DNA of 64,000 bases from assembly GCA_964016885.1 (NCBI GenBank), contig OZ024741.1, positions 396,800,001-396,864,000 of the forward strand, in the 5' to 3' direction. Shown one piece after another: positions 15,001 to 30,681 of the stretch. Source of the stretch: Eledone cirrhosa (lineage: Eukaryota). Under the pieces are notes generated by a model. That model saw nothing but the letters and a program-made list of their open reading frames with translations, made no database searches and was not told the origin of the DNA. A program made the position numbers and the translations under genes. Every line of letters begins with the position of its first letter. Position 1 is the first letter of the stretch.

Positions 15001-18000
15001 ATTGTGTAGTGTTTAATATAAACATTATTATGTAGTATCTAATATAAACATTATTATGTAGTGTCTAATATAAACATTATTGTGTAGTGTCTAATATAAA
15101 CATTATTGTGTAGTGTCTAATATAAACATTATTGTGTAGTGTCTAACATAAACATTATTATGCAGTCTCTAATATAAACATTATTGTGTAGTTTCTAATA
15201 TAAACATTATGTAGTGTCTAATATAAACATTATTATGTACTGTCTAATATGAACATTATTATGTAGTGTCTAATATAAACATTATTGTGTAGTGTTTAAT
15301 ATAAACATTATTGTGTAGTGTTTAATATAAACATTATTGTGTAGTGTCTAATATAAATATTATTATGTAGTGTCTAATATAAACATTATAGTGTAGTGTC
15401 TAATATAAACATTATTGTGTAGTGTCTATTATAAACATTATTGTTTAATCTCTAATATAAACATTATTATGTAGTGTCTAATATAAACATTATTATGTAG
15501 TGTCTAATATAAACATTATCGTGTAGTGTTTAATATAAACATTATTGTGTAGTCTCTAATATAAACATTATTATGTAGTGTCTAATATAAACATTATTGT
15601 GTAGTGTCTAATATAAACATTATTGTGTAGTGTCTAATATAAACATTATTGTGTAGTGTCTAATATAAACATTATTGTGTAGTGTCTAACATAAACATTA
15701 TTATGCAGTCTCTAATATAAATATTATTGTGTAGTTTCTAATATAAACATTATTATGTAGTGTCTAATATAAACATCATTATGGAGTGTCTAATATAAAC
15801 ATTATTGTGTAGTGTCTGATATAAACATTATTGTGTAGTGTCTAATATAAACATTATTATGTAGTGTTTAATATAAACATTATGGTGTAGTGTCTAATAT
15901 ATACATTATTGTATAGCGTCTAATATAAACATTATTGTGTATTGTCTAATATAAACATTATTGTGTAGTGTCTAATATAAACATTATTGTGTAGCGTCTA
16001 ATATAAACATTATTGTGTAGTGTCTAATATAAACATTATTATGTTATGTCTAATATAAACATTATTGTGTAGTGTCTAATATAAACATTATTATGTAGTG
16101 TCTAATATGAACATTATTTTGTAGTGTCTAATATAAACATTATTATGTAGTGTGTAATATAAACATTATTATGTAGTGTCTAATATAAATATTATTATGT
16201 AGTGTGTAATATAAACATTATTATGTAGTGTCTAATATAAACATTATTGTGTAGTGTCTAATATAAACATTATTGTGTAATGTCTAATGTAAACATTATT
16301 GTGTAGTGTCTAATATAAACATTATTGTGTAGTGTCTAATATAAACATTATTGTGTAGTGTCTAATATAAACATTATTGTGTAGTGTCTAATATAAACAT
16401 TATTATGTAGTGTCTAATATAAACATTATTGTGTAGTGTCTAATATAAACATTATTGTGTAGTGTCTAATATAAACATTATTGTGTAGTGTCTAATATAA
16501 ACATTATTGTGTAGCGTCTAATATAAACAAGACATTATTGACATTATATAAATATTATTACGTAGTGTCTAACATAAACATTATTATGTAGTGTCTAATA
16601 TAAACATTATTGTCTCGTCTCTAATATAATAATTATTGTGTAGTGTTTAATATAAACATTATTATGTAGTGTCTAATATAAATAGTATTGTGTAGTTTCT
16701 AATATAAATATTATTGTGTAGTGTCTAATATAAACATTAATGTGTAGTGTCTAATATAAACATTATTGTGTAGTCTCTAATATAAACATTATTGTGTAGT
16801 GTCTCATATAAACATTATTGTGTAGGGTATAATATAAATATTATTGTGTAGTGTCTAATATAAACATTATTGTGTAGTGTCTAATATAATCATTATTGTG
16901 TAGTGTCTAATATAAATATTATTGTGTAGTGTCTAATATAAACATTATTATGTAGTGTCTAATATAAACATTATTGTGTAGTGTCTGATATAAACATTAT
17001 TGTGTAGTGTCTAATATAAGCATTATTACGTAGTGTCTAATATAAACATTATTGTGTATTGTCTAATATAAACATTATTGTGTAGTGTCTAATATAAACA
17101 TTATTGTGTAGCGTCTAATATAAACATTATTGTGTAGTGTTAATATAAACATTATTATGTTATGTCTAATATAAACATTATTGTGTAGTGTCTAATATAA
17201 ACATTATTATGTAGTGTCTAATATGAACATTATTTTGTAGTGTCTAATATAAACATTATTATGTAGTGTCTAATATAAACATTATTATGTAGTGTCTAAT
17301 ATAAACATTATTATGTAGTGTGTAATATAAACATTATTATGTAGTGTCTAATATAAACATTATTGTGTAGCGTTTAATATAAACATTATTGTGTAGTCTC
17401 TAACATAAACATTATTATGTAGTGTCTAATATAAACATTATTGTGTAGTGTCTAATATAAACATTATTGTGTAATGTCTAATGTAAACATTATTGTGTAG
17501 TGTCTAATATAAACATTATTGTGTAGTGTCTAATATAAACATTATTGTGTAGTGTCTAATATAAACATTATTGTGTAGTGTCTAATATAAACATTATTAT
17601 GTAGTGTCTAATATAAACATTATTGTGTAGTGTCTAATATAAACATTATTGTGTAGTGTCTAATATAAACATTATTGTGTAGCGTCTAATATAAACAAGA
17701 CATTATTGACATTATATAAACATTATTACGTAGTGTCTAACATAAACATTATTATGTAGTGTCTAATATAAACATTATTGTGTCGTCTCTAATATAATAA
17801 TTATCGTGTAGTGTTTAATATAAACATTATTATGTAGTGTCTAATATAAATATTATTGTGTAGTTTCTAATATAAATATTATTGTGTAGTGTCTAATATA
17901 AACATTATTGTGTAGTGTCTAATATAAACATTATTATGTAGTGTCTAATATAAACATTATTGTGTAGTGTTTAATATAAACATTATTGTGTAGTGTCTAA

Positions 18001-21000
18001 TATAAACATTATTATGTAGTGTCTAATATAAACATTATTATGTAGTCTCTCATTTAAACATTATTATGTAATGTCTAATATAAACATTATTGTGTAGTGT
18101 CTAATATAAACATTATTGTGGAGTCTCTAATATAAACATTATTGTGTAGTGTCTAATGTAAACATTATTGTGTAGTTTCTAATATTAACATTATTGTGTA
18201 GTGTCTAATATAATTATTATTGTGTAGTGTCTAATATAAACATTATGTAGTATCTAATATAAACATTATTGTGTAGAGTCTTATATAAACATTATTGTGT
18301 AGTATCTAATATAAACATTATTGTGTAGTCTCTAATATAAACATTATTGTGTAGTGTCTAATATAAACATTATTGTGTAGGGTATAATATAAATATTATT
18401 GTGTAGTGTCTAATATAAACATTATTGTGTAGTGTCTAATATAATCATTATTGTGTAGTGTCTAATATAAATAATATTGTGTAGTGTCTAATATAAACAT
18501 TATTGTGTAGTGTCTAATATAAACATTATTGTGTAGCGTCTAATATAATTATTATTGTGTAGTGTCTAATATAACCATTATGTAGTATCTAATATAAACA
18601 TTATTGTGTAGGGTCTAATATAAACATTATTGTGTAGTATCTAATATAAACATTATTGTGTAGTCTCTAATATAAACATTATTGTGTGGTGTCTAATATA
18701 AACATTATTGTGTAGTGTCTAATATAAACATTATTGTGTAGTGTCTAACATAAACATTATTATGTTATGTCTAATATAAACATTATTGTGTAGTGTCTAA
18801 TATAAACATTATTGTGTAGTGTCTAATATAAACATTATTATGTAGTGTCTAATATAAACATTATTGTGTAGTGTTTAATATAAACATTATTGTGTAGTCT
18901 CTAATATAAACATTATTATGTAGTGTCTAATATAAACATTATTGTGTAGCGTCTAATATAAACATTATTGTGTAGTGTCTAATATAAACATTATTATGTA
19001 GTGTCTAATATAAACATTATTGTGTAGTGTCTGATATAAACATTATTGTGTAGTGTCTAATATAAACATTATTATGTAGTGTCAAATATAAACATTATTG
19101 TGCAGTGTCTAATATAAACATTATTGTGTAGCGTCTAATATAAATATTATTGTGTATTGTCTAATATAAACATTATTGTGTAGTGTCTAATATAAACATT
19201 ATTGTGTAGCGTCTAATATAAACATTATTGTGTAGTGTCTAATATAAACATTATTGTGTAGTGTCTAATATAAACATTATTGTGTAATGTCTAATGTAAA
19301 CATTATTGTGTAGTGTCTAATATAAACATTATTGTGTAGTGTCTAATATAAACATTATTGTGTAGTGTCTAATATAAACATTATTGTGTAGTGTCTAATA
19401 TAAACATTATTATGTAGTGTCTAATATAAACATTATTGTGTAGTGTCTAATATAAACATTATTGTGTAGTGTCTAATATAAACATTATTGTGTAGCGTCT
19501 AATAAAAACAAGACATTATTGACATTATATAAACATTATTACGTAGTGTCTAACATAAACATTATTATGTAGTGTCTAATATAAACATTATTGTGTCGTC
19601 TCTAATATAATAATTATCGTGTAGTGTTTAATATAAACATTATTATGTAGTGTCTAATATAAATATTATTGTGTAGTTTCTAATATAAATATTATTGTGT
19701 AGTGTCTAATATAAACATTATTGTGTAGTGTCTAATATAAACATTATTATGTAGTGTCTAATATGAACATTATTTTGTAGTGTCTAATATAAACATTATT
19801 TTGTAGTGTCTAATATAAACATTATTATGTAGTGTTAATATAAACATTATTATGTTATGTCTAATATAAACATTATTGTGTAGTGTCTAATATAAACATT
19901 ATTATGTAGTGTCTAATATGAACATTATTTTGTAGTGTCTAATATAAACATTATTATGTAGTGTCTAATATAAACATTATTATGTAGTGTCTAATATAAA
20001 CATTATTATGTAGTGTGTAATATAAACATTATTATGTAGTGTCTAATATAAACATTATTGTGTAGCGTTTAATATAAACATTATTGTGTAGTCTCTAACA
20101 TAAACATTATTATGTAGTGTCTAATATAAACATTATTGTGTAGTGTCTAATATAAACATTATTGTGTAATGTCTAATGTAAACATTATTGTGTAGTGTCT
20201 AATATAAACATTATTGTGTAGTGTCTAATATAAACATTATTGTGTAGTGTCTAATATAAACATTATTGTGTAGTGTCTAATATAAACATTATTATGTAGT
20301 GTCTAATATAAACATTATTGTGTAGTGTCTAATATAAACATTATTGTGTAGTGTCTAATATAAACATTATTGTGTAGCGTCTAATATAAACAAGACATTA
20401 TTGACATTATATAAACATTATTACGTAGTGTCTAACATAAACATTATTATGTAGTGTCTAATATAAACATTATTGTGTCGTCTCTAATATAATAATTATC
20501 GTGTAGTGTTTAATATAAACATTATTATGTAGTGTCTAATATAAATATTATTGTGTAGTTTCTAATATAAATATTATTGTGTAGTGTCTAATATAAACAT
20601 TATTATGTAGTGTCTAATATAAACATTATTGTGTAGTGTTTAATATAAACATTATTGTGTAGTGTCTAATATAAACATTATTATGTAGTGTCTAATATAA
20701 ACATTATTATGTAGTCTCTCATTTAAACATTATTATGTAATGTCTAATATAAACATTATTGTGTAGTGTCTAATATAAACATTATTGTGGAGTCTCTAAT
20801 ATAAACATTATTGTGTAGTGTCTAATGTAAACATTATTGTGTAGTTTCTAATATTAACATTATTGTGTAGTGTCTAATATAATTATTATTGTGTAGTGTC
20901 TAATATAAACATTATGTAGTATCTAATATAAACATTATTGTGTAGAGTCTTATATAAACATTATTGTGTAGTATCTAATATAAACATTATTGTGTAGTCT

Positions 21001-24000
21001 CTAATATAAACATTATTGTGTAGTGTCTAATATAAACATTATTGTGTAGGGTATAATATAAATATTATTGTGTAGTGTCTAATATAAACATTATTGTGTA
21101 GTGTCTAATATAATCATTATTGTGTAGTGTCTAATATAAATAATATTGTGTAGTGTCTAATATAAACATTATTGTGTAGTGTCTAATATAAACATTATTG
21201 TGTAGCGTCTAATATAATTATTATTGTGTAGTGTCTAATATAACCATTATGTAGTATCTAATATAAACATTATTGTGTAGGGTCTAATATAAACATTATT
21301 GTGTAGTATCTAATATAAACATTATTGTGTAGTCTCTAATATAAACATTATTGTGTGGTGTCTAATATAAACATTATTGTGTAGTGTCTAATATAAACAT
21401 TATTGTGTAGTGTCTAACATAAACATTATTATGTTATGTCTAATATAAACATTATTGTGTAGTGTCTAATATAAACATTATTGTGTAGTGTCTAATATAA
21501 ACATTATTATGTAGTGTCTAATATAAACATTATTGTGTAGTGTTTAATATAAACATTATTGTGTAGTCTCTAATATAAACATTATTATGTAGTGTCTAAT
21601 ATAAACATTATTGTGTAGCGTCTAATATAAACATTATTGTGTAGTGTCTAATATAAACATTATTATGTAGTGTCTAATATAAACATTATTGTGTAGTGTC
21701 TGATATAAACATTATTGTGTAGTGTCTAATATAAACATTATTATGTAGTGTCAAATATAAACATTATTGTGCAGTGTCTAATATAAACATTATTGTGTAG
21801 CGTCTAATATAAATATTATTGTGTATTGTCTAATATAAACATTATTGTGTAGTGTCTAATATAAACATTATTGTGTAGCGTCTAATATAAACATTATTGT
21901 GTAGTGTCTAATATAAACATTATTGTGTAGTGTCTAATATAAACATTATTGTGTAATGTCTAATGTAAACATTATTGTGTAGTGTCTAATATAAACATTA
22001 TTGTGTAGTGTCTAATATAAACATTATTGTGTAGTGTCTAATATAAACATTATTGTGTAGTGTCTAATATAAACATTATTATGTAGTGTCTAATATAAAC
22101 ATTATTGTGTAGTGTCTAATATAAACATTATTGTGTAGTGTCTAATATAAACATTATTGTGTAGCGTCTAATAAAAACAAGACATTATTGACATTATATA
22201 AACATTATTACGTAGTGTCTAACATAAACATTATTATGTAGTGTCTAATATAAACATTATTGTGTCGTCTCTAATATAATAATTATCGTGTAGTGTTTAA
22301 TATAAACATTATTATGTAGTGTCTAATATAAATATTATTGTGTAGTTTCTAATATAAATATTATTGTGTAGTGTCTAATATAAACATTATTGTGTAGTGT
22401 CTAATATAAACATTATTATGTAGTGTCTAATATAAACATTATTGTGTAGTGTTTAATATAAACATTATTGTGTAGTGTCTAATATAAACATTATTGTGTA
22501 GTGTCTAATATAAACATTATTATGTAGTCTCTCATTTAAACATTATTATGTAATGTCTAATATAAACATTATTGTGTAGTGTCTAATATAAACATTATTG
22601 TGGAGTCTCTAATATAAACATTATTGTGTAGTGTCTAATGTAAACATTATTGTGTAGTTTCTAATATTAACATTATTGTGTAGTGTCTAATATAATTATT
22701 ATTGTGTAGTGTCTAATATAAACATTATGTAGTATCTAATATAAACATTATTGTGTAGAGTCTTATATAAACATTATTGTGTAGTATCTAATATAAACAT
22801 TATTGTGTAGTCTCTAATATAAACATTATTGTGTAGTGTCTAATATAAACATTATTGTGTAGGGTATAATATAAATATTATTGTGTAGTGTCTAATATAA
22901 ACATTATTGTGTAGTGTCTAATATAATCATTATTGTGTAGTGTCTAATATAAATATTATTGTGTAGTGTCTAATATAAACATTATTGTGTAGTGTCTAAT
23001 ATAAACATTATTGTGTAGCGTCTAATATAATTATTATTGTGTAGTGTCTAATATAAACATTATGTAGTATCTAATATAAACATTATTGTGTAGGGTCTAA
23101 TATAAACATTATTGTGTAGTATCTAATATAAACATTATTGTGTAGTCTCTAATATAAACATTATTGTGTGGTGTCTAATATAAACATTATTGTGTAGTGT
23201 CTAATATAAACATTATTGTGTAGTGTCTAACATAAACATTATTATGTTATGTCTAATATAAACATTATTGTGTAGTGTCTAATATAAACATTATTGTGTA
23301 GTGTCTAATATAAACATTATTATGTAGTGTCTAATATAAACATTATTGTGTAGTGTTTAATATAAACATTATTGTGTAGTCTCTAATATAAACATTATTA
23401 TGTAGTGTCTAATATAAACATTATTGTGTAGCGTCTAATATAAACATTATTGTGTAGTGTCTAATATAAACATTATTATGTAGTGTCTAATATAAACATT
23501 ATTGTGTAGTGTCTGATATAAACATTATTGTGTAGTGTCTAATATAAACATTATTATGTAGTGTCAAATATAAACATTATTGTGCAGTGTCTAATATAAA
23601 CATTATTGTGTAGCGTCTAATATAAATATTATTGTGTATTGTCTAATATAAACATTATTGTGTAGTGTCTAATATAAACATTATTGTGTAGCGTCTAATA
23701 TAAACATTATTGTGTAGTGTCTAATATAAACATTATTATGTTATGTCTAATATAAACATTATTGTGTAGTGTCTAATATAAACATTATTGTGTAGTGTCT
23801 AATATAAACATTATTATGTAGTGTCTAATATAAACATTATTATGTAGTGTCTAATATAAACATTATTATGTAGTGTGTAATATAAACATTATTATGTAGT
23901 GTCTAATATAAACATTATTGTGTAGCATTTAATATAAACATTATTGTGTAGTCTCTAACATAAACATTATTATGTAGTGTCTAATATAAACATTATTGTG

Positions 24001-27000
24001 TAGTGTCTAATATAAACATTATTGTGTAATGTCTAATATAAACATTATTGTGTAGTGTCTAATATAAACATTATTGTGTAGTGTCTAATATAAACATTAT
24101 TGTGTAGTGTCTAATATAAACATTATTGTGTAGTGTCTAATATAAACATTATTATGTAGTGTCTAATATAAACATTATTGTGTAGTGTCTAATATAAACA
24201 TTATTGTGTAGTGTCTAATATAAACAAGACATTATTGACATTATATAAACATTATTACGTAGTGTCTAACATAAACATTATTATGTAGTGTCTAATATAA
24301 ACATTATTGTGTCGTCTCTAATATAATAATTATTGTGTAGTGTTTAATATAAACATTATTATGTAGTGTCTAATATAAATATTATTGTGTAGTTTCTAAT
24401 ATAAACATTATTGTGTAGTGTCTAATATAAACATTATTATGTAGTCTCTCATATAAACATTATTATGTAGTGTCTAATATAAACATTATTGTGTAGTGCC
24501 TAATATAAACATTATTGTGGAGTCTCTAATATAAACATTATTGTGTAGTGTCTAATGTAAACATTATTGTGTAGTTTCTAATATTAACATTATTGTGTAG
24601 TGTCTAATATAATTATTATTGTGTAGTGTCTAATATAAACATTATGTAGTATCTAATATAAACATTATTGTGTAGGGTCTAATATAAACATTATTTGTGT
24701 AGTATCTAATATAAACATTATTGTGTAGTCTCTAATATAAACATTATTGTGTAGTGTCTAATATAAACATTATTGTGTGGGGTATAATATAAATATTATT
24801 GTGTAGTGTCTAATATAAACATTATTGTGTAGTGTCTAATATAAATATTATTGTGTAGTGTCTAATATAAACATTATTGTGTAGTGTCTAATATAATCTT
24901 TATTGTGTAGTGTTTAATATAAACATTATTGTGTAGTGTCTAATATAAACATTATTCTGTAGTCTCTAATATAAACATTATTGTGTAGTGTCTAATATAA
25001 ACAAGACATTATTGACACTATATAAACATTATCATGTAGTGTCTAATATAAACATTATTGTGTAGTGTCTAATATAAACATTATTGTGTAGTGTCTAATA
25101 TAAACATTATTGTGTAGTGTCTAATATAAACATTATTGTGTAGTGTCTAATATAAACATTATTATGTAGTTTCTAATATAAACATTATTGTGTAGTGTCT
25201 AATATAAACATTATTCTGTAGTGTCTAATATAAACATTATTGTGTAGTGTCTAATATAAACATTATTGTGTAGTGTCTAATATAAACATTATTATGTAGT
25301 TTCTAATATAAACATTATTCTGTAGTGTCTAATATAAACATTATTGTGTAGTGTCTAATATAAACATTATTGTGTAGTCTCTATTATAAACATTATTATG
25401 TAGTGTTTAATATAAACATTATTGTGTAGTGTTTAATATAAACATTATTGTGTAGTGTCTAATATAAACATTATTGTGTAGTCTCTAATATAAACATTAT
25501 TGTGTAGTGTCTAATATAAACAAGACATTATTGACATTATATAAACATTATTACGTAGTGTCTAACATAAACATTATTATGTAGTGTCTAATATAAACAT
25601 TATTGTGTCGTCTCTAATATAATAATTATTGTGTAGTGTTTAATATAAACATTATTATGTAGTGTCTAATATAAATATTATTGTGTAGTTTCTAATATAA
25701 ACATTATTGTGTAGTGTCTAATATAAACATTATTATGTAGTCTCTCATATAAACATTATTATGTAGTGTCTAATATAAACATTATTGTGTAGTGCCTAAT
25801 ATAAACATTATTGTGGAGTCTCTAATATAAACATTATTGTGTAGTGTCTAATGTAAACATTATTGTGTAGTTTCTAATATTAACATTATTGTGTAGTGTC
25901 TAATATAATTATTATTGTGTAGTGTCTAATATAAACATTATGTAGTATCTAATATAAACATTATTTTGTAGTGTCTAATATAAACATTATTGTGTGGGGT
26001 ATAATATAAATATTATTGTGTAGTGTCTAATATAAACATTATTGTGTAGTGTCTAATATAAATATTATTGTGTAGTGTCTAATATAAACAATTTTGTGTA
26101 GTGTCTAATATAATCTTTATTGTGTAGTGTTTAATATAAACATTATTGTGTAGTGTCTAATATAAACATTATTCTGTAGTCTCTAATATAAACATTATTG
26201 TGTAGTGTCTAATATAAACAAGACATTATTGACACTATATAAACATTATCATGTAGTGTCTAATATAAACATTATTGTGTAGTGTCTAATATAAACATTA
26301 TTGTGTAGTGTCTAATATAAACATTATTGTGTAGTGTCTAATATAAACATTATTGTGTAGTGTCTAATATAAACATTATTATGTAGTTTCTAATATAAAC
26401 ATTATTGTGTAGTGTCTAATATAAACATTATTCTGTAGTGTCTAATATAAACATTATTGTGTAGTGTCTAATATAAACATTATTGTGTAGTGTCTAATAT
26501 AAACATTATTATGTAGTTTCTAATATAAACATTATTCTGTAGTGTCTAATATAAACATTATTGTGTAGTGTCTAATATAAACATTATTGTGTAGTGTCTA
26601 TTATAAACATTATTATGTAGTGTTTAATATAAACATTATTGTGTAGTGTTTAATATAAACATTATTGTGTAGTGTCTAATATAAACATTATTGTGTAGTC
26701 TCTAATATAAACATTATTGTGTGGTGTCTAATATAAACATTATTATGTAGTGTCTAATATAAACATTATTGTGTAGTGTTTAATATAAACATTATTGTGT
26801 AGTGTCTAATATAAACATTATTGTGTAGTGTCTAATATAAACATTATTGTGTAGTGTCTAATATAAACATTACTGTGTAGTGTTTAACATAAACATTATT
26901 GTGTAGTGTCTAATATAAACATTATTGTGTAGTCTCTAATATAAACATTATTATGTAGTTTCTAATATAAACATTATTATGTAGTGTATAATATAAACAT

Positions 27001-30000
27001 TATTATGTAGTGTCTAATATAAACATTATTGTGTAGTGTTTAATATAAACATTATTGTGTAGTGTCTAATATAAACATTATTGTGTAGTGTCTAATATAA
27101 ACATTATTATGTAGTGTCTAATATAATCATTATTGTGTAGTGTTTAATATAAACATTATTGTGTAGTGTCTAATATAAACATTATTATGTAGTGTCTAAT
27201 ATAAACATTATTGTGTAGTGTCTAATATGAACATTATTGTGTAGTGTCTAATATAAACATTATTGTGTAGTGTCTAATATAAACATTATTGTGTATTCTC
27301 TAATATAAACATTATTGTGTAGTTTCTAATATAAACATTATTGTGTAGTGACTAATATAAACATTATTGTGTAGTGTCTAATATAAACATTATTATGTAG
27401 TGTCTAATATAAACATTATTGTGTAGTGTCTAATATAAACATTATTGTGTAGTATCTAATATAAACATTATTGTGTAATCTCTAATATAAACATTATTAT
27501 GTAGTGTCTAATATAAACATTATTGTGTAGTGTCTAATATAAACATTATTGTGTAGTGTCTAATATAAACATTATTGTTTAGTGTTTAATGTAAACATTA
27601 TTGTGTAGTGTTTAATATAAACATTATTGTGTAGTGTCTAATATAAACATTATTGTGTAGTGTCTAATATAAACATTATTACGTAGTGTCTAATATAAAC
27701 ATTATTGTGTAGTGTCTAATATAAACATTATTGTGTAGTGTTTAATATAAACATTATTGTGTAGTCTCTAATATAAACATTATTATGTAGTGTCTAATAT
27801 AAACATTATTATGTAGTATCTAATATAAACATTATTGTGTAGTGTTTAATATAAACATTACTGTGTAGTCTCTAATATAAACATTATTATGTAGTGTCTA
27901 ATATAAACATTATTGTGTAGTGTCTGATATAAACATTATTCTGTAGTGTCTAATATAAACATTATTATGTAGTCTCTAATATAAACATTATTGTGTAGTC
28001 TCTAATATAAACATTATAGTGTAGTGTCTAATATAAACATTATTATGTAGTTTCTAATATAAACATTATTGTGTAGTGTCTAATATAAACATTATTGTGT
28101 AGCGTCTAATATAAACATTATTGTGTAGTGTCTAATATAAACATTATTGTGTAGTGTCTAATATAAACATTATTGTGTAGCGTCTAATATAAACATTATT
28201 GTGTAGTGTCTAATATAAACATTATTATGTTATGTCTAATATAAACATTATTGTGTAGTGTTTAATATAAACATTATTGTGTAGTGTCTAATATAAACAT
28301 TATTATGTAGTGTCTAATATAAACATTATTATGTAGTGTCTAATATAAACATTATTATGTAGTGTCTAATATAAACATTATTGTGTAGTGTCTAATATAA
28401 ACATTATTGTGTAGTGTCTAATATAAACATTATTGTGTAGTGTCTAATATAAACATTATTGTGTAATCTCTAATATATACATTATTGTGAAGTTTCTAAT
28501 ATAAACATTATTGTATAGTGTCTAATATAAACATTTTTGTGTAGTGTCTAATATAAACATTATTATGTAGTGTCTAATATAAACATTATTGTGTAGTGTC
28601 TAATATAAACATTATTGTGTAGTGTCTATTATAAACATTATTGTGTAATCTCTAATATAAACATTATTATGTAGTGTCTAATATAAACATTATTATGTAG
28701 TGTCTAATATAAACATTATTGTGTAGTGTTTAATATAAACATTATTGTGTAGTGTCTAATATAAATATTATTGTGTAGTGTCTAATATAAACATTATTGT
28801 GTAGTGTCTAATATAAACATTATTATGTAGTGCTAATATAAACATTATTTTGTAGTTTCTAATATAAACATTATAATGTAGTGTCTAATATAAACATTAT
28901 TATGTAGTGTCTAATATAAACCTTATTATGTAGTGTCTAATATAAATATTATTATGTAGTGTCTAATATAAACATTATTGTGTCGTGTTTGATATAAACA
29001 TTATTGTGTAGTCTCTAATATAAACATTATTATGTAGTGTTTAATATAAACATTATTGTGTAGTGTCTAATATAAACATTATTGTGTAGTGTCTAATATA
29101 AACATTACTGTGTAGTGTTTAACATAAACATTATTGTGTAGTGTCTAATATAAACATTATTGTGTAGTCTCTAATATAAACATTATTATGTAGTTTCTAA
29201 TATAAACATTATTATGTAGTGTATAATATAAACTTTATTATGTAGTGTCTAATATAAACATTATTGTGTAGTGTTTAATATAAACATTATTGTGTAGTGT
29301 CTAATATAAACATTATTGTGTAGTGTCTAATATAAACATTATTATGTAGTGTCTAATATAATCATTATTGCGTAGTGTTTAATATAAACATTATTGTGTA
29401 GTGTCTAATATAAACATTATTATGTAGTGTCTAATATAAACATTATTGTGTAGTGTCTAATATGAACATTATTGTGTAGTGTCTAATATAAACATTATTG
29501 TGTAGTGTCTAATATAAACATTATTGTGTATTCTCTAATATAAACATTATTGTGTAGTTTCTAATATAAACATTATTTTATAGTGACTAATATAAACATT
29601 ATTTTGTAGTGTCTAATATAAACATTATTATGTAGTGTCTAATATAAACATTATTGTGTAGTGTCTAATATAAACATTATTGTGTAGTATCTAATATAAA
29701 CATTATTGTGTAATCTCTAATATAAACATTATTATGTAGTGTCTAATATAAACATTATTGTGTAGTGTCTAATATAAATATTATTGTGTAGTGTCTAATA
29801 TAAACATTATTGTGTAGTGTTTAATGTAAACATTATTGTGTAGTGTTTAATATAAACATTATTGTGTAGTGTCTAATATAAACATTATTGTGTAGTGTCT
29901 AATATAAACATTATTATGTAGTGTCTAATATAAACATTATTGTGTAGTGTCTAATATAAACATTATTGTGTAGTGTTTAATATAAACATTATTGTGTAGT

Positions 30001-30499
30001 CTCTAATATAAACATTATTATGTAGTGTCTAATATAAACATTATTATGTAGTGTCTAATATAAACATTATTGTGTAGTGTTTAATATAAACATTATTGTG
30101 TAGTCTCTAATATAAACATTATTGTGTAGTGTCTAATATAAACATTATTATGTAGTGTCTAATATAAACATTATTGTGTAGTGTCTAATATAAACATTAT
30201 TCTGTAGTGTCTAATATAAACATTATTATGTAGTCTCTAATATAAACATTATTGTGTAGTCTCTAATATAAACATTATAGTGTAGTGTCTAATATAAACA
30301 TTATTATGTAGTTTCTAATATAAACATTATTGTGTAGTGTCTAATATAAACATTATTGTGTAGTGTCTAATATAAACATTATTATGTAGTCTCTAATATA
30401 AACATTAATGTGTAGTCTCTAATATAAACATTATTATGTAGTGTCTAATATAAACATTATTGTGTAGCGTCTAATATAAACATTATTGTGTAGTGTCTA

Positions 30500-30681
30500 G
30501 TGGATTGGCAGTATCGGTAGAGGGTCGGACGCCATGCTTTGACGCATACAGTTACGGCCCTTGCCATTTTGAGTTCAAATCCCGCCGAGGTTAACTTTGC
30601 TTTTCATCCTTATGGGGTCGATAAAATAAAGTACCAGTAATACACTGGGTATTTGCTGGCCTTGTGCCAAAAGTAGAAACA
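30500..30681 (+). mobile_element. tRNA-derived SINE (Meta-domain-like core) inserted in the satellite
   Basis: A-box-like TGGCAGTATCGG, B-box GAGTTCAAATCC, core CTTTTCATCCTTATGGGGTCGATAAAATAAAGTACCAG, end AGTAGAAACA. Flanked by ATTATTGTGTAGTGTCTA on both sides (TSD-like). Same family as copies at 40216 and 52807. Confidence 0.9.

Noticed and set aside
30500-30590. tRNA gene
   Set aside because: A and B boxes only, with no cloverleaf. It continues into the SINE body.
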